Source of the DNA: the human T2T-CHM13v2.0 reference genome, Homo sapiens
DNA: 64,000 nucleotides
Direction: 5' to 3' (one strand)
NCBI RefSeq assembly: GCF_009914755.1
Contig: NC_060928.1
Positions 15,385 through 28,500 of the stretch are shown here, piece by piece. The translations under genes and the position numbers were made by a program. A model generated the notes under the pieces. The model did no database searches. It had not been told where the DNA came from and saw only the letters and a program-made list of their open reading frames with translations. Every line of letters starts with the position of its first letter. The first letter of the stretch is position 1.

Positions 15385-15685
15385 CTTTTTTTTTTTTTTT
15401 TTTTGAGACGAGGTCTTGCTGTGTTACCCAGGCTAGAGCACAGTGGCACAATCATAGCTCACTGCAGCCTTGAACTCCTGGGCTCAAGCAATCCTCTGCC
15501 TCAGCCTCCTGAGTAGCTGGGACTACAGGAATGCACCACAGTGGCTGGCTTATTTTTTAAATTTTTTGTAGAGACCAGGGTCTTGCTTTGCTTTCCAGTC
15601 TGTTCTTCAACTCCTGGGCTCACACAATCCTCCTGTCTCAGCCTCCCAAAGCACTGAGATTGCAGGCATGAGTCACTGTGCCCAG
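15385..15685 (-). mobile_element. AluJ
   Basis: Dimeric Alu with J-type atcatagctcactgcagccttgaactcctgggctcaagc. Confidence 0.9.
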
Positions 15686-15969
15686 TATTTTGAATATTTC
15701 TTACCATTAATTTCCTAAACTTCAATGACTTGTTGGGTAGAGAATCCACTACCATCACTGGTGATGGAGAGAAAAGGAGATAAGTCAAGAGTTAGCTCCA
15801 AGCAGTACCATCTCCTTATCAGGGTCACCTGCCTTTCAAATGGGTCCTTCTGTTGTTTATGACTCACTCCCTCACATGGAGTTTTATGGTAGGTTATATA
15901 AGTTTTGCATGTTAGCATTACTCTTTTTCCATGTGCGTATGTTTAATGGAAAAAATAATCCAAATGCTG

Positions 15970-16100
15970 TTTTTAATTTTTTTTAAGAGACGGGTTTTTG
16001 CCATGTTGCCCAGGCTGTCAAACTCCTGAGCTCAAGACACTTCTCCTGCCTCAGCTTCCCAGTTAGCTGGGACTACAGGTGTGCACCACCATGCTTGGCC
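15970..16100 (-). mobile_element. FLAM / Alu monomer
   Basis: Single Alu monomer. Confidence 0.8.
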
Positions 16101-16488
16101 TCCAGTGTTGTTTTCTACTTAATGTATATTATTGACCTTTAAGTTGTCCTGTAATGTTTGGATTTTTTTGAAGTTTCACTTCTTTTTTCCTGTAGCCAAC
16201 ATTATATTAAATGTCAGGATCAATCCCACAGCAGCCCTCCCTACAGATATATCCATTTGTGACACTCTAAGAAAGTCAGTGCTGTGTATAAAAATATAAC
16301 AAAAAATTATAAAAATATTTTTTAAGAAAAGGCTTTAAAGCCATGTTTCTATCAGGACACCTCCTTGTTACATATGAAACATAATCTGTTTAAAAATTCA
16401 GCCTCCGTATAACGTTTCAGAAGTCTGTCTACTATATTAGTAAGAAATACCTGCACCAAAATAAACCTTAATCAGTAAGACAGTCATT

Positions 16489-16636
16489 AGGCCAGGCGTA
16501 GTGGCTCACCCATGTAATCCCAGCACTTTGGGAGGGTGAGGCAGGACAATCACTTGAGCACAGGAATTCAAGACCAGCCTAGGCAACATAGTAAGACACC
16601 ATCTCTACCAAAAAACAAAAACAAAAACAAAAAAAA
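16489..16636 (+). mobile_element. FLAM / Alu left monomer with (CAAAAA)n tail
   Basis: ggccaggcgtagtggctc...catctctacc followed by A-rich tail. Confidence 0.85.
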
Positions 16637-16961
16637 CTCATTAGATCTTCATGCCATTTTAAAGTGGTTTAAGTTGTAGGTCTGAAAGAAATAACTTATA
16701 AAATGGCTTTTTTTTAAGAACACTGAATTTTCCTTTTTCTCAAAACTGTGGTATTCAGTTTGTCTGGCCATCAGGCACTGTCCTCTAGAGCAGACAATTT
16801 CCATTCATCACAAGACCTTAATTCAGAATGCGGGGGTGTGGTCCGTTGTGTAAAGCACTAGTTCTGAGTTTCCGTGCAGTGGATTTTGGGCATAGCATAG
16901 CAGTAACCGTGCCGGGCTGATGAGTAGGCCAGCAGTTGAAGTAGTGTGCATTCTTTTCCAG

Positions 16962-17032
16962 TGCTGGCAGCTGCCGTGTTTGCTTTCCGAGCAGTGAACC
17001 TGATGGAGGTGACATCACTGGCTGCAGCTGAA
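16962..17032 (+). CDS. TBC1D19: TBC1D19 penultimate coding exon (71 nt), (V)LAAAVFAFRAVNLMEVTSLAAAE
   Basis: Acceptor ttcttttccag, donor gtaagg; phases consistent with both neighbours. Confidence 0.95.
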
Positions 17033-18014
17033 GTAAGGATAAGTTTCACTCAGATGGGATGGAAATAGTTTCTGAGAGATTGCCAGGCTGTCATTTTAGT
17101 GTCTGTTGCATAGGACACGCGTTACTTGTAGCCAGGTTTTTTAACTCGGGTAAAACCTGTTAAGTTCTGAGCTAATAATACTTAAGGATTCAAATTTCTT
17201 TAATTACTTGAGAAAAGTCTTCTTATGAAGGAGTAATAAACAAGATTATTATAGGAAACCATTATAACCATATGGGAAACCAGATACCTGGTAATTTTAA
17301 TGGAAACAATTGGGGTTTATGTTGCATTTTTTTATCGTTCATGTCCATGCATTATTTTCACAGAAGAAAAACCACTTGAGAGAATTAAAGAGCATGTATT
17401 TGGATGATATAGTGAAGATACATGGGCTTTTTTGGTTATTTTAAATTGTGAGTTAATTATTTAAAGCTGATTTCTTTTCAGTGGTATAATTTATACCTGA
17501 AATATGGTTCAATTAAATAGTGTTTACTGTATTATTCTATTTGTTATCTTTCACAGAAATATAAATTTTTCCTTAAAATAGCTGCCTGCATTTTTGTTTA
17601 AAGGGAAGAGGATGTTTATGCATCTTGTAACTGAATAAACATTAGTTCCATCTCAAAATGATTTCCTGCAGTCAGTTACTACTTACACTAGAATAACAGG
17701 ACTAGGATTCATAATGTATGCTTATTTATAGAAGCAAGTTGAAATGTTAAACCTGTTATAAACTCATGCTACCTTGTATATTTGAAGAAGACTGAGGCTA
17801 ACATCCAGGTTATTTTCTACAGCACATTTCAGCATTTTGCACATGTACTAACATTAAGATATTCTGAAAAGAGAAGGAAAGTTGTAGCTTTAGTATTAAG
17901 ATTTAGGACAAATCCAAAGAAGGAGCTTAGTGTCAAAATTACATTGTAATTATGTTTACCTTATTTCATAGACTTCGCTTTGCTATTAATAATTCTTTTT
18001 ATTTTTTGTTTCAG

Positions 18015-18089
18015 GCAGTTCTTGCTGACCTTTCTACTTTAAAAGTTATGCCTCTTCTTCAGATTTTTCTGTTTGCTACTGTCACCTGA
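18015..18089 (+). CDS. TBC1D19: TBC1D19 last coding exon, AVLADLSTLKVMPLLQIFLFATVT-stop
   Basis: Acceptor ttttttgtttcag; TGA stop at 18087-18089; followed by AT-rich UTR with AATAAA. Confidence 0.95.
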   Translation, partial: AVLADLSTLKVMPLLQIFLFATVT

Positions 18090-18192
18090 TCTTCTTCACA
18101 GTCACTGGCAACACATCTAGTTTTTCATTAGAAACAAATCATGAACTATGCAAACTCTGCATAAAACCAAAATGAAACTTTGCATATAAGCC

Positions 18193-19339
18193 AATAAAGA
18201 TCATGTTCCCTCTTCAGTTAAACCTAAGTAGTTTCTCACTTTTTGAAACAATAACTCTGCACCAAATATTGCATCGCATGCTGCTGATTTTCAAGAGAGA
18301 AGCAATAAACACAACTTCTGCTAAATTGAGCATTATATATATAATATTATAATATATATATAATCCTGACTTGTCAATGGCATGTAATAATATATGCAAT
18401 AAGAACTAAAGATACTGTAATAAACTTCAAGAGGTAATGTAGCTTCTTGGATAATTCTTTTATGTCAGTTTATAAATTTATCTCTAGATAATGTATTGTT
18501 TTGTCTCATAAATTGCTCCTCACTAAGAGCCAGGGGTGGGGTAGGGTGTGAGAACACTTGAAAAAGATAATGTTTTTAAGTAGGAATTCAAAAGTTGCTT
18601 AAATGGTGTTTTAAGCAACTTTTTACACCCCAGGGATTTTCTACATTTCTCTCCATTTTATTTCTCTCTTTAAACATCTCTACTGGGGAAGGTCGAATAC
18701 AATTGTCTCCATTTGACAATATTTTATGCTTGACTCTCTGAAAGTCAGAAAATTATAGGTGATCCCTTTTCACTTCTCAACCTTCCTTCTCTTGCTTAGA
18801 AGACTTGACATTGCCGATGCTTGTTGCCAGCTTCTGTTACTTTGTAACTATACAAGGAAGACACCCAAGAGAATGAGGAGTCAAAACCCCATTCACTTTT
18901 GCTGAAGCTTGGTTTAACAAGATTTACTTCTAGGGCAGAGCAGCTGAGAGAGATTAAAAGTAGGTAGTAGGCATTCATTCTAAACTGCAGACATTATGCA
19001 AGGCATCAGCCTTATTTTGGGCTTTATTATAAGTGAAGGGTCTTATTTTGTATTACTTCCTAAAGACCTACCATTTCTGTAATATGGAATAATAGTATGT
19101 GGGGTAAAAAGTCCAAAAACTATTGTCCTTTGATTTTAGTTTCAAATTTAAGATGCTGATCACTTCACTAAAACTGTAAATCAGTAGATTGATACGCTTA
19201 TTGATTGCCTAGAATTTTATTCAGTTTTACCCAAATGTATTTTATGAGTCTTTTATTTTGGCAGTATGTATTAGGAAAAATGCTTGTTGATTTACTAAGA
19301 GCTGAATAATAATTTATTCCATGATTGATTCTTAATAAA
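18193..19339 (+). terminator. Candidate polyadenylation signals in TBC1D19 3'UTR (AATAAA at 18193, 18304, 18419, 19334)
   Basis: Canonical hexamers downstream of the stop codon; which are used cannot be told from sequence. Confidence 0.6.
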
Positions 19340-19579
19340 CCCCATTTTATTGCTTTTGAAGGTGATGCAGTTATAATCCTATGCTTTGTCATTCTTTGTT
19401 TGCAAATGCACATTAATTGACAGGACAAGCACACACCCATGACTATTATCTACTCTGAGAAAATGGCTAAATATTAGGAAGAGAGTGAGTTTTAAATGAT
19501 CTCGTTCACATGCATACAGATATGCCCATCTTTGGCTTTTTTCTTTAGGAGAATATGCATTAGCTTTTTTAAAAGAGGC

Positions 19580-19820
19580 AACGTAATAGTCTAGTACACT
19601 AGATTGGAGAATTCTGGTCCTCAGATGGGGGAATTTTCGTCCTCCTGTAAATCCCTAGATAATGTAAGCTTTCTTATCTGTAACTGGGGTTGAGGGACTG
19701 GCAACAAATGGTAGGAACTTATTGTATCTTCTCCATTTACCTTGCAGGTAGGTAAGGACCTGTAGGACCAAATGAGAAAATACTATATTTGAAAGTAATT
19801 TTTTAAACTGCAAAGCACCA
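19580..19820 (+). mobile_element. MIR fragment
   Basis: Degenerate MIR core and 3' part (ttcttatctgtaactgggg; ggaccaaatgagaaaat). Confidence 0.45.
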
Positions 19821-20161
19821 AGCAAATGAAGGATATTGTTGGTACTTAGTTTGTATGTGACATTTTAAGGTCAAGTGGTAGAAGATGATATATGAAGAAT
19901 GCACAACTTCATTAGCATTTCTATCATTTAACCTGATAGTTTAAGACTATGTCTGTAAAGATGAATGGACCATGCCATAGCAGATCCTTTCATTTGAAAC
20001 AGGTGGCTCTAGGCAGTAGATCTGAATCTGAATCCCAAAGCCAGACCTGGTTGACAACCACCCGCTTTGCTGCTTCCGCAGACCCCTCTCTGCCAAGCTG
20101 TGCTCTTGGCTGCTTGTTAAAACACTGCACTGAGGGTCATCGGGCTGCCTTACCCATGCTA

Positions 20162-20455
<294 letters not shown>

Positions 20456-20936
20456 TGTCCGCTCCATCTTTAACCACGCCTCCTTAGGCTCCTTCATTTG
20501 GCTTTCTTCCTCTTGCATCCTCCTGTGCCATCTCCTTCCAACCCCTGACACCCCCTTCACATCTGCTCTGCCAGTGATTACAAAGATTGGAGTAAACAGT
20601 GATACATTGGCATTGATGTAGCCTAATAGGCAAATTGTATTTGGTTCTTCAGGGTGTCATTTCACCCACTAATGTGATATGTTATGACTTTATAGTATAG
20701 AAGAGTTTATTGAATAATGGTTTTGTTGAGAATGCTCTGGTAAGGCAGTGTTCTGGCTAATAGAAATTTCCAGCTTGTCTTAACTTCACAACACCCCATA
20801 CTCAGCATGTGCTCTCTTCTCCTATTTTGCAGGGAAAATAGAGACCATTAAGCTTGAGTTGTCTCAGCCTTCTACTTCAGAATTTAGCTTTTTCTCTCCC
20901 CCCAGATTTATCTCCTTCCTTCTTGCATTAAGAAGT

Positions 20937-20959
20937 GTCTAGTCTAGTCTAGTCTAGTC
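20937..20959. repeat. (GTCTA)n microsatellite, ~4.5 units
   Basis: gtctagtctagtctagtctagtc. Confidence 0.85.
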
Positions 20960-22099
20960 CTGTAGTTCTCTGAATGCAGATTTGATTGTGCCATTTCTAT
21001 GCTTGAAAAACTCAACAACTTCTCATTGCTTAAAGGATAAAAGCTGGGCTCTGTAGCATAACAGGAAAAATTCTTCATCGCTTGGTCTTTTCATTCCTAT
21101 GTTCCCACAATGATCCATTATCCTGTACTTCAGCCTCTCCAGATTCCATGCTGATTCTCAACCAGATATGGCTGTTTATTTTTGTCTCCACCAAAATCTT
21201 CTCCATTTCTCAAGGCCTTCCCCCAAAATTTTTCTCTGTTGTGAAGATACCATGGAGCCTATAAATTAAATTAATTATGCCCTTCTCCTTGTTCTTATAA
21301 AACTGTTCATCACTCATATGATGCTTATAGTATTAAGTGATAGCTTTTTGGATATGTGTTCTGATTTTGTCACTTTATTCTCAAGGCAGTTTTCATTTAC
21401 TTGTCTGTCCTAAATGTGGAAGATGCAAGCAGAAATTTGTCCATGTATGTCTGTATCCCTTGACCTACTCAGAAATTGTTGGGATCTGTTTTCTATAAAA
21501 CATAATTTCTCCTTTGTATCTAGTCTTCCTTCTTCCACAAATGCTCTGATTTTTCTTTAGTGATCTACCCCTTCCCCATGTGCATCAGGTGAGGCTGACT
21601 TGCATCCCCAGGACCTCTGGGTCCTAGCCAAGTAGTCACCATGTACTGTTCCTCTGGCCATGGGGATTGCTTCAGGACCAGTGCAAAATCGAGACCAATG
21701 AGAGCTAGTGAAACTTAATTAGGAAGCTTTGGTTTAATCTTTCAGGGAAGCTGGATATGAAAATGAAAGAATGTAGGTTGTGTAGCTGCTGCAGTCTAGG
21801 AATGGAGAGAAGGAAAAGCTGCTCTTTTGGCCTTGTTGATCCCCAGATCGTGCTGCACCAGTCTACCTCTGGACTATTTTTTTTACAAGACCCAAAGGAT
21901 TTTCTTTGCAACAGAAAGGATCCTAACTGATGGCAGTTATTTTCCTTTTAGGTGATGCACAATAATAAGGGGTATCATTATTTGGTATAGAACCCCTGTC
22001 TACACACTGCTCAAACTAGAGTAGTATATTTTAACTTCTTCTAATCAAGACACAACCATGACCTTACAAGGATAAATTGTATATTTCAGACCTACTGAA

Positions 22100-22446
22100 C
22101 TACTCGAAGTACCTAATACAAGGTACATATTTTGCCTTTGGCCCTTTGCCCTTACAGCTTCCTCTGCTTAGAATGCCTTCTCTTCCCTCTTTACCTAACT
22201 CTTACTTGTACATCAAAACCCACCTCAGGTATTGCATCATCAGGGAAGACTGCTTCTCTTAAGAATCCTTAACCCCTACATATACATAAGATGTATTATA
22301 ATCAAGTTAGCTTGTCTTTCACTCCCACTAGACTGTGACTCCTTGAGGACAAAATTGGATTCCTTTTCAGCCATATATCTCTAGAATCTAGCATTGTGTT
22401 TGCCCCATAATAGACTTTAGTAAATATTTATTGAATGAACGAATGA
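22100..22446 (+). mobile_element. L2 3' end
   Basis: ctagactgtgactccttgaggac...taaatatttattgaatgaacgaatga terminus. Confidence 0.75.
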
Positions 22447-22569
22447 CATCATCTATTCTAATTCACTCATTTACTGATAAAGGAATTTGCGGAGTTGCCT
22501 TTGGAAGTCCAAAAGGAAAGAATATTTTCAGAGGAAAAAATGAAATGGTTCAGTCACTCTTTTTTTTCA

Positions 22570-24900
22570 TTTAAGTTAACTTTATTAAGTATAATTTATG
22601 TACAATAAAGTTATATGTATATTTTATGTAAAATAAAATGCATTTTAAGTGTACAGTTCTATAAGTCTTAACAAATGTATATACCCATGTCACCACCACC
22701 ACATCAAGATATAGAACATTTCCATCTCCCAAAATAGTTCCTTTTGTGCCCCTCCCCATCCAATCCCCCATACACGCATTCACTCCAACCACTCATCTGC
22801 TTCTGTCCCTAAAGATTAGATTCATCTTTTCTAGAGTTTCACGTAAATGGAATCATCCATATGTACTTTTTTGTGTCTGGCTTCTTTTGCTTAGCATGTT
22901 TTGAGATTCATCCATATTATGTGATAGTAGTTCATTCCTTTTTACTACTGCCTAGGATTTCATTGTATGAGTATTTCACAATTTTTTTATTTACCATTGT
23001 TAATGTACATTCATGTTGTTTTCAGTTTGGGTGTATTATGGATACAGCTACTATAAACATTTGTGCACAAGCCTTCATGTGGACATATATCTTCATTTAT
23101 CTGGGGTAAATACCTTAGGAGTAGGATTTCTGGGTTATGTGTAAGCACGTGTTTAACTTAGAAGGAGGCCTCCAAACTCTTCTGAAGTGGTTCTACTGTT
23201 TTACGTTGCCACCAACAGTATATGAGTTCCAGTGTTTCCCAATCCTTACTACCAACACTTGGTGTTGTCATATTAGTCATTCTAATAAGTGGTTATAATT
23301 TGTATTTTCCTAATGATATTGAGCATATTTTCATACTTATTTGCCATTTATACATATTCTTTTGTAAAGTATCTGTTCAAATCTTTTGTCCATTTTAAAT
23401 CAATGATCTTACTAAGTTATAGGCTAGGTGTGGTGGCTCACACCTATAATCCCAGCACTTTGGGAGGCCAAGGCAGGAAGATGGCTTGAGCCCAGGAGTT
23501 CAACACCAGCTTGGGCAACATGGTAAAACCACATCCCTACAAAAAATACAAAAAAAATTAGCCAGGCATGGTGGTGCACACCTGTAGTTTCAGCTACTGG
23601 TGGGAGTGGTGGGGATGCTGAAGTGGGAGGATCGCTTGAGGCTGGGGGTTAAGGCTGCAGTGAGCTGTGATCCCGCCACTGCATTCCAGCCTGGATGACA
23701 GAGGGAGACCTTGTATCAAAACAAAGAAAGTTGTAAGGAGTCTTTATTCTGGATGTAGCATATGGTTTGCAAAATTTTCTCCCAGCCTATAGGATATTTA
23801 ATTTTCTTAACTATGAGATAGTTAATATTCTTAACTGTCTTTTAAAGAGAAAAAGTTTTAATTTTGTTGAGATCCAATTTATCTATTTTTTCTTTTATGG
23901 TTTATATTTTTTGCTTCCTCTCCAAGAAATCTTTGCTTAAGTCAAAGTCACAAATATTTTTTTCCCTATGTTTTCTTCTAGAAACTTTAAAGATTAACTC
24001 ATACATTTAGGTTTATGATCGCTTTTTTTCCAAGTTAATTTTTGTGTATGGTGCAAGTTAAGGGTTGAGGTTTTGTTTTTGCACGTGGATATAAATCATT
24101 TGCTGAAGAGACTGTCTTTTCCCTTTCACATCAGTACCTTTGTATAAAATTAACTGATTATGTGTATGGGCTGGTTTCTGGACCCTCTATTCTGTTCATG
24201 AATTTTTGTCTAACCTAATTTCAATATTGCACTCTCTTGATTTTTGTAGTTTTATAGTAAATCTTGAAATCAGGTAGTGTAAGTCCTCTAACTTTATTCA
24301 CGTATGTTAAAACTATTTGGCCATTCTAGCTTCTTCGCATTTCTAAAGAACTTTTTAATCTGCACCAAAAGAAGTAAAAAGTCTGCGTTAATTTTTATTG
24401 AGATAGCATTGGCTTAATAGATCAGCCTGGAAATAATTGATATCTTTAACAATGTTGAGTCCTCCAATCCATAAACATGGCATATCTCTCCATTTATTTA
24501 GATCTGCTTTAATTTTACTCAGTAATATTTTGTAGTTTTCAATGTACAGTTCTTGCACATATTTTGTTAAAATTATCCCTACTTCTTTCACATTTTTTGA
24601 TGCTATTGTATTTAAACAATGGTATTTTATTTCAATTTCCAATCTTTTGTTATTAAAATGTAAAATACAATTGATATTTTATATTGACCTTGTATCCTGA
24701 GACCTTGCTAAGCTTACTACTTCTACTATCCTTTTTTATAGCCTCCCTGGGATTTTCCATATATACAGTATGTCATCCATAAATAAATAAAATTTTGTTT
24801 CTTTCAAATAGGTATGCTTTTTTTTCTTTTCTTATGCACTGACTAGAACTTGCAATTGAATACAGAAGTGTTGCAGCTCACCTAATTTTAAAGGAAATGT
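22570..24900 (-). mobile_element. L1M (L1MB/MC/ME-type) 3' part, interrupted by AluJ
   Basis: Antisense L1 3'UTR and ORF2; ORF 24388-24642(-) resembles L1 ORF2 (LYIENYKILL..KWRDMPCLWIG). Confidence 0.85.
23422..23728 (+). mobile_element. AluJ
   Basis: Dimeric Alu, J-type features. Confidence 0.9.
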
Positions 24901-24966
24901 ACTTATTTCTTGAATAAGTTTAACAAATATTTTTCAATATTTATAAACAATAGTTTGGCCAATTTA

Positions 24967-25320
<354 letters not shown>

Positions 25321-25714
25321 TCAGAAGGAGGTAGGGAGCAATACTGACATACAGAGAAGATAGATTAAGTTTTATGTTGCTGATCATTCACATGGCTTCT
25401 TAAAATTATCCTTTTAACTTAAACAGCTGGCTTCAGGTATTATCAATGCCTTTGTCATATTAATTAGAAAATGGTTTTTAATTACTTATTCAACTATTCT
25501 TTATCCTTAAAACTTTTTTCTTAGATATGTAGTGTACATATACTTACTCAACAAACATTGAATACTTACTCTGAGCAAGGTACTCTGCTGGACCTTCAAT
25601 GTATACAGGTATTTGTGTGATTGCTTTTTCAGTATCAAATGTGGTAAGAGACAGTACCCCCTATGAAAATAGAATCTTAGCACCTCTTTCTTAAAGTAAT
25701 GGCGCCATCCTTCC

Positions 25715-26165
25715 TGTGATAGGAAAAATAATGGTTCCTCAAAGATATTCATGTTCTAATTCCTGAAAACTGTATATGTTACCTTACCGGCAAAAGGGAC
25801 TTGCTGATGTTATTAACAATTTTGAGATGGGAAGATTATCCTGGATTATCAGGTGGGCCCAATGTAATGACAAGTGTTCTTATAATTGAAAGTGAAACAG
25901 AGAAACAGGAGGGTATGAGTCACAGAGGGATTTGAAGGTGTCACACAGCTGGCTTTAAAACTGGAGGAAAGGGCCATGAGCCAGGAATACAGGCAGCTTC
26001 TAGAAGCTGGAAGGAAATGGAGTCTCCCATGACCCTCCAGAAGGAATGCATCCCTACCGACACCTTGATTGTAGGACTTTTGACCTCCAGAACTGTAAGA
26101 TAATAATGTTGTATTGTTCTGAGCTCCTATGTGGGTCATAGTTTGTGACAGCAATAAGAGATAAT
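25715..26165 (+). mobile_element. MLT1 (MaLR) solo LTR, MLT1C/D-like
   Basis: gagatgggaagattatcctggattatcaggtgggcccaatgtaat and gacctccagaactgtaagataata. Confidence 0.8.
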
Positions 26166-26310
26166 CTGTCTCCTCGCAGCTAAATTAAGTTTACTGTATT
26201 AACTGTAACGTATGAAAATAACAAATTCACATTGTTTTAATAACCCTTTTTATAAAATAGGTGATTCTGCCTGTCTTAATTTCTCTTGTGTGGTTTTGAT
26301 AATGATCGAA

Positions 26311-26883
26311 TGTAAACCAAAAATAAAATTCTAAGACCTCCCAACCATCTAAATGGACTTCCTCCTCAGCCAGGGCTCTTAAAATTTAACCTGAAAGACT
26401 GGTTCAGGCTATAAAGGGAAGTGGGAGTCAGACATGCCTCACTATACCTCTCCAGCATTAAAATCAACACAGACTTTAAGTCTGATGAGAAACATTTTAC
26501 AGCCTGTTCTCCCTGAAGCCCACTAGCTAAAAGCTTCATCTGCATGATAAAACTTTGGTCTCCACAACCCAAACATTCTATTGATCCCAGGTTTTTAGAC
26601 AAACTCAACCGTCAACTAGGAAATGTTTAAATTTACCTATAGCCTTGAAGCCTCCCCGCCTTGAGTTGTCCCGCCTTTCTGGACCAAACCAATGTCTTTC
26701 TTAAATGTACTTGATTGATGGCGCATGCCTCCCTAAAATGTATAAAACCAAGCTGCATCCCAACAACCTTGGGCACATGTCGTCAGGACTTCCTGAGGCT
26801 GTGTCACGGGCACACGTCCTCAACCTTGACAAAATAAACTTTCTAAATTAACTGAGACCTGTCTCAGATTTTCTGGGTCTACA
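26311..26883 (+). mobile_element. MER4-family (ERV1) solo LTR
   Basis: TG...CA ends; tgtaaaccaaaaataaaattctaag start; tgtataaaaccaagctg TATA region and aataaa. Confidence 0.8.
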
Positions 26884-27559
26884 CAAGTAAGATAAAATAC
26901 ATAAAAGTATCTTGAATACAAACTTCTGTTCTGGTGCTGACAGGGAAAAGACCACAGAAAGTTGGGCAAGTGTGATAGAGGAAGAGGGGTGTTAGGGGAA
27001 GTCTATCACCAAGTCCTAATGTTTTCTTCTGTGTGGAAGGAGCTCGCTGGTGTAACTGACCTTGTGTCCTGAGACTTTGCTGAACTTACTACTTCTACTA
27101 TCCTTTTTTGCAGCACCCCTAGGTGATGTACAGTATGTTATCTATAAATAGGCAATTTTGCTTCTTTCAAATATGTATGCCTGTTGTTTTTCATTTCTTA
27201 TTTGCTGACTAGAATTTGCAATCAAGTATAAAAGTGTTACAGCTCACCTAATTTTAAATGAAATGTACTTCTTTTTTGAATAAGTTTGACAAGTATTTTA
27301 AGATATTTATCAATGTAATATTTTGGCTGATTGCTGACCCTCACTCCCTCCTCCCCTGGAGAAGAATGAATTATATTATTGATGAAGTCGGGATATGACA
27401 GTGAGCATTTAAAGCCAACCTCCTTCTCTCATCTTTTTCACAGAATCTAGCTGCCCACAGTGAACAGTTCTGCACTGCTCCTCTATTCCCTGAGCTTTAC
27501 AGAGTCCAGATCCCATGGTATGGAATTGGGGGTGGGGAAGGAGATGGCTGTAGTTGTTC

Positions 27560-27624
27560 AGGAGCCTGTGTCTAACTCAGTTTTTAAAAGCTGAGGAGCC
27601 CATGACTAACTCAGTTTTTAAAAG
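27560..27624. repeat. 34-bp tandem duplication (2 copies)
   Basis: aggagcc..tg.ctaactcagtttttaaaag repeated with period 34. Confidence 0.85.
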
Positions 27625-27779
27625 TCCTTGCTATAAAACTAAGTCACATTCCTTGGGATTAACTTTAGCAGTAAGAAAGATGATATATCATCTTCATCTG
27701 CTTTCATCAGCCTAGATTTTAATTTTCTCTCTCAAGTACTGCTGAACTCAGGCAGAAAGAAGAGTGCAGTTTATTGGAC

Positions 27780-28500
27780 TCCAAATCTCATTCAACAGAA
27801 CAAAGAAGTTGAGGTTGCAAGGAAGAACCTATAATGATGGGTCATGGAATATAACCTAGAAAAGAAGAGAAATAAAAGGTAAGGAGGGTTTGGTGATGGA
27901 TATGGATAAAGAGGGGTAAATGGATTAAAGGTTACAACAAAAAAGTAAAAGTGCTTCTGAGAGAATGGTAATTTTGAAGGCACATAACGTGGAAGGTTAA
28001 TATTGGTAGTCAGAATGTGATATTTGCATTTGAAATTTTGGAGATGATGCCATTTTTATTGATGTAAAAATGTAAGGCATATGGATAGCTGAAATAGGGT
28101 AGAAGAAAATATCATTGAAAATATGAGGAAGTCAAAAAACCAAGAATCCATGATGTTAGATGAATCATGAGAGTACATGTTGAAGCCACAAAGGACAATA
28201 GGAGTGGGGTAGGAATAAAGAAGAAAACTGAGTTGCAAGCTCACTTCCCTGAGAATGAGGAGGAAAGACCCAGAGACTACTAGTAGGCGACAGCAGGATG
28301 GAGGCGGAAGAGTAGTAGAACCAGATGGCATGAGCCTCAAAGGAGCAGAGGGGGTTTGCAAGAAGGAAGGAGGAATAACACTCTAAAATTGGCATTGAGG
28401 AGTAAGGTTGGTGCTGAAGCACTTTCGGGGAGGAGAGAAAAAAAGTTTGAAAGGGTTTCAGAGAAACCATGTCCCCAAGATATAGCCTGCTTTTAGTTAA
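27780..28500 (-). mobile_element. Old L2 fragment (purine-rich on +)
   Basis: Antisense L2 ORF-like tracts (gagtacatgttgaagccac; gtcaaaaaaccaagaatcc). Confidence 0.45.

Noticed and set aside
16917-16945. CTGATGAG resembling a hammerhead ribozyme core
   Set aside because: No properly placed GAAA after a stem II and no stem I/III pairing found.
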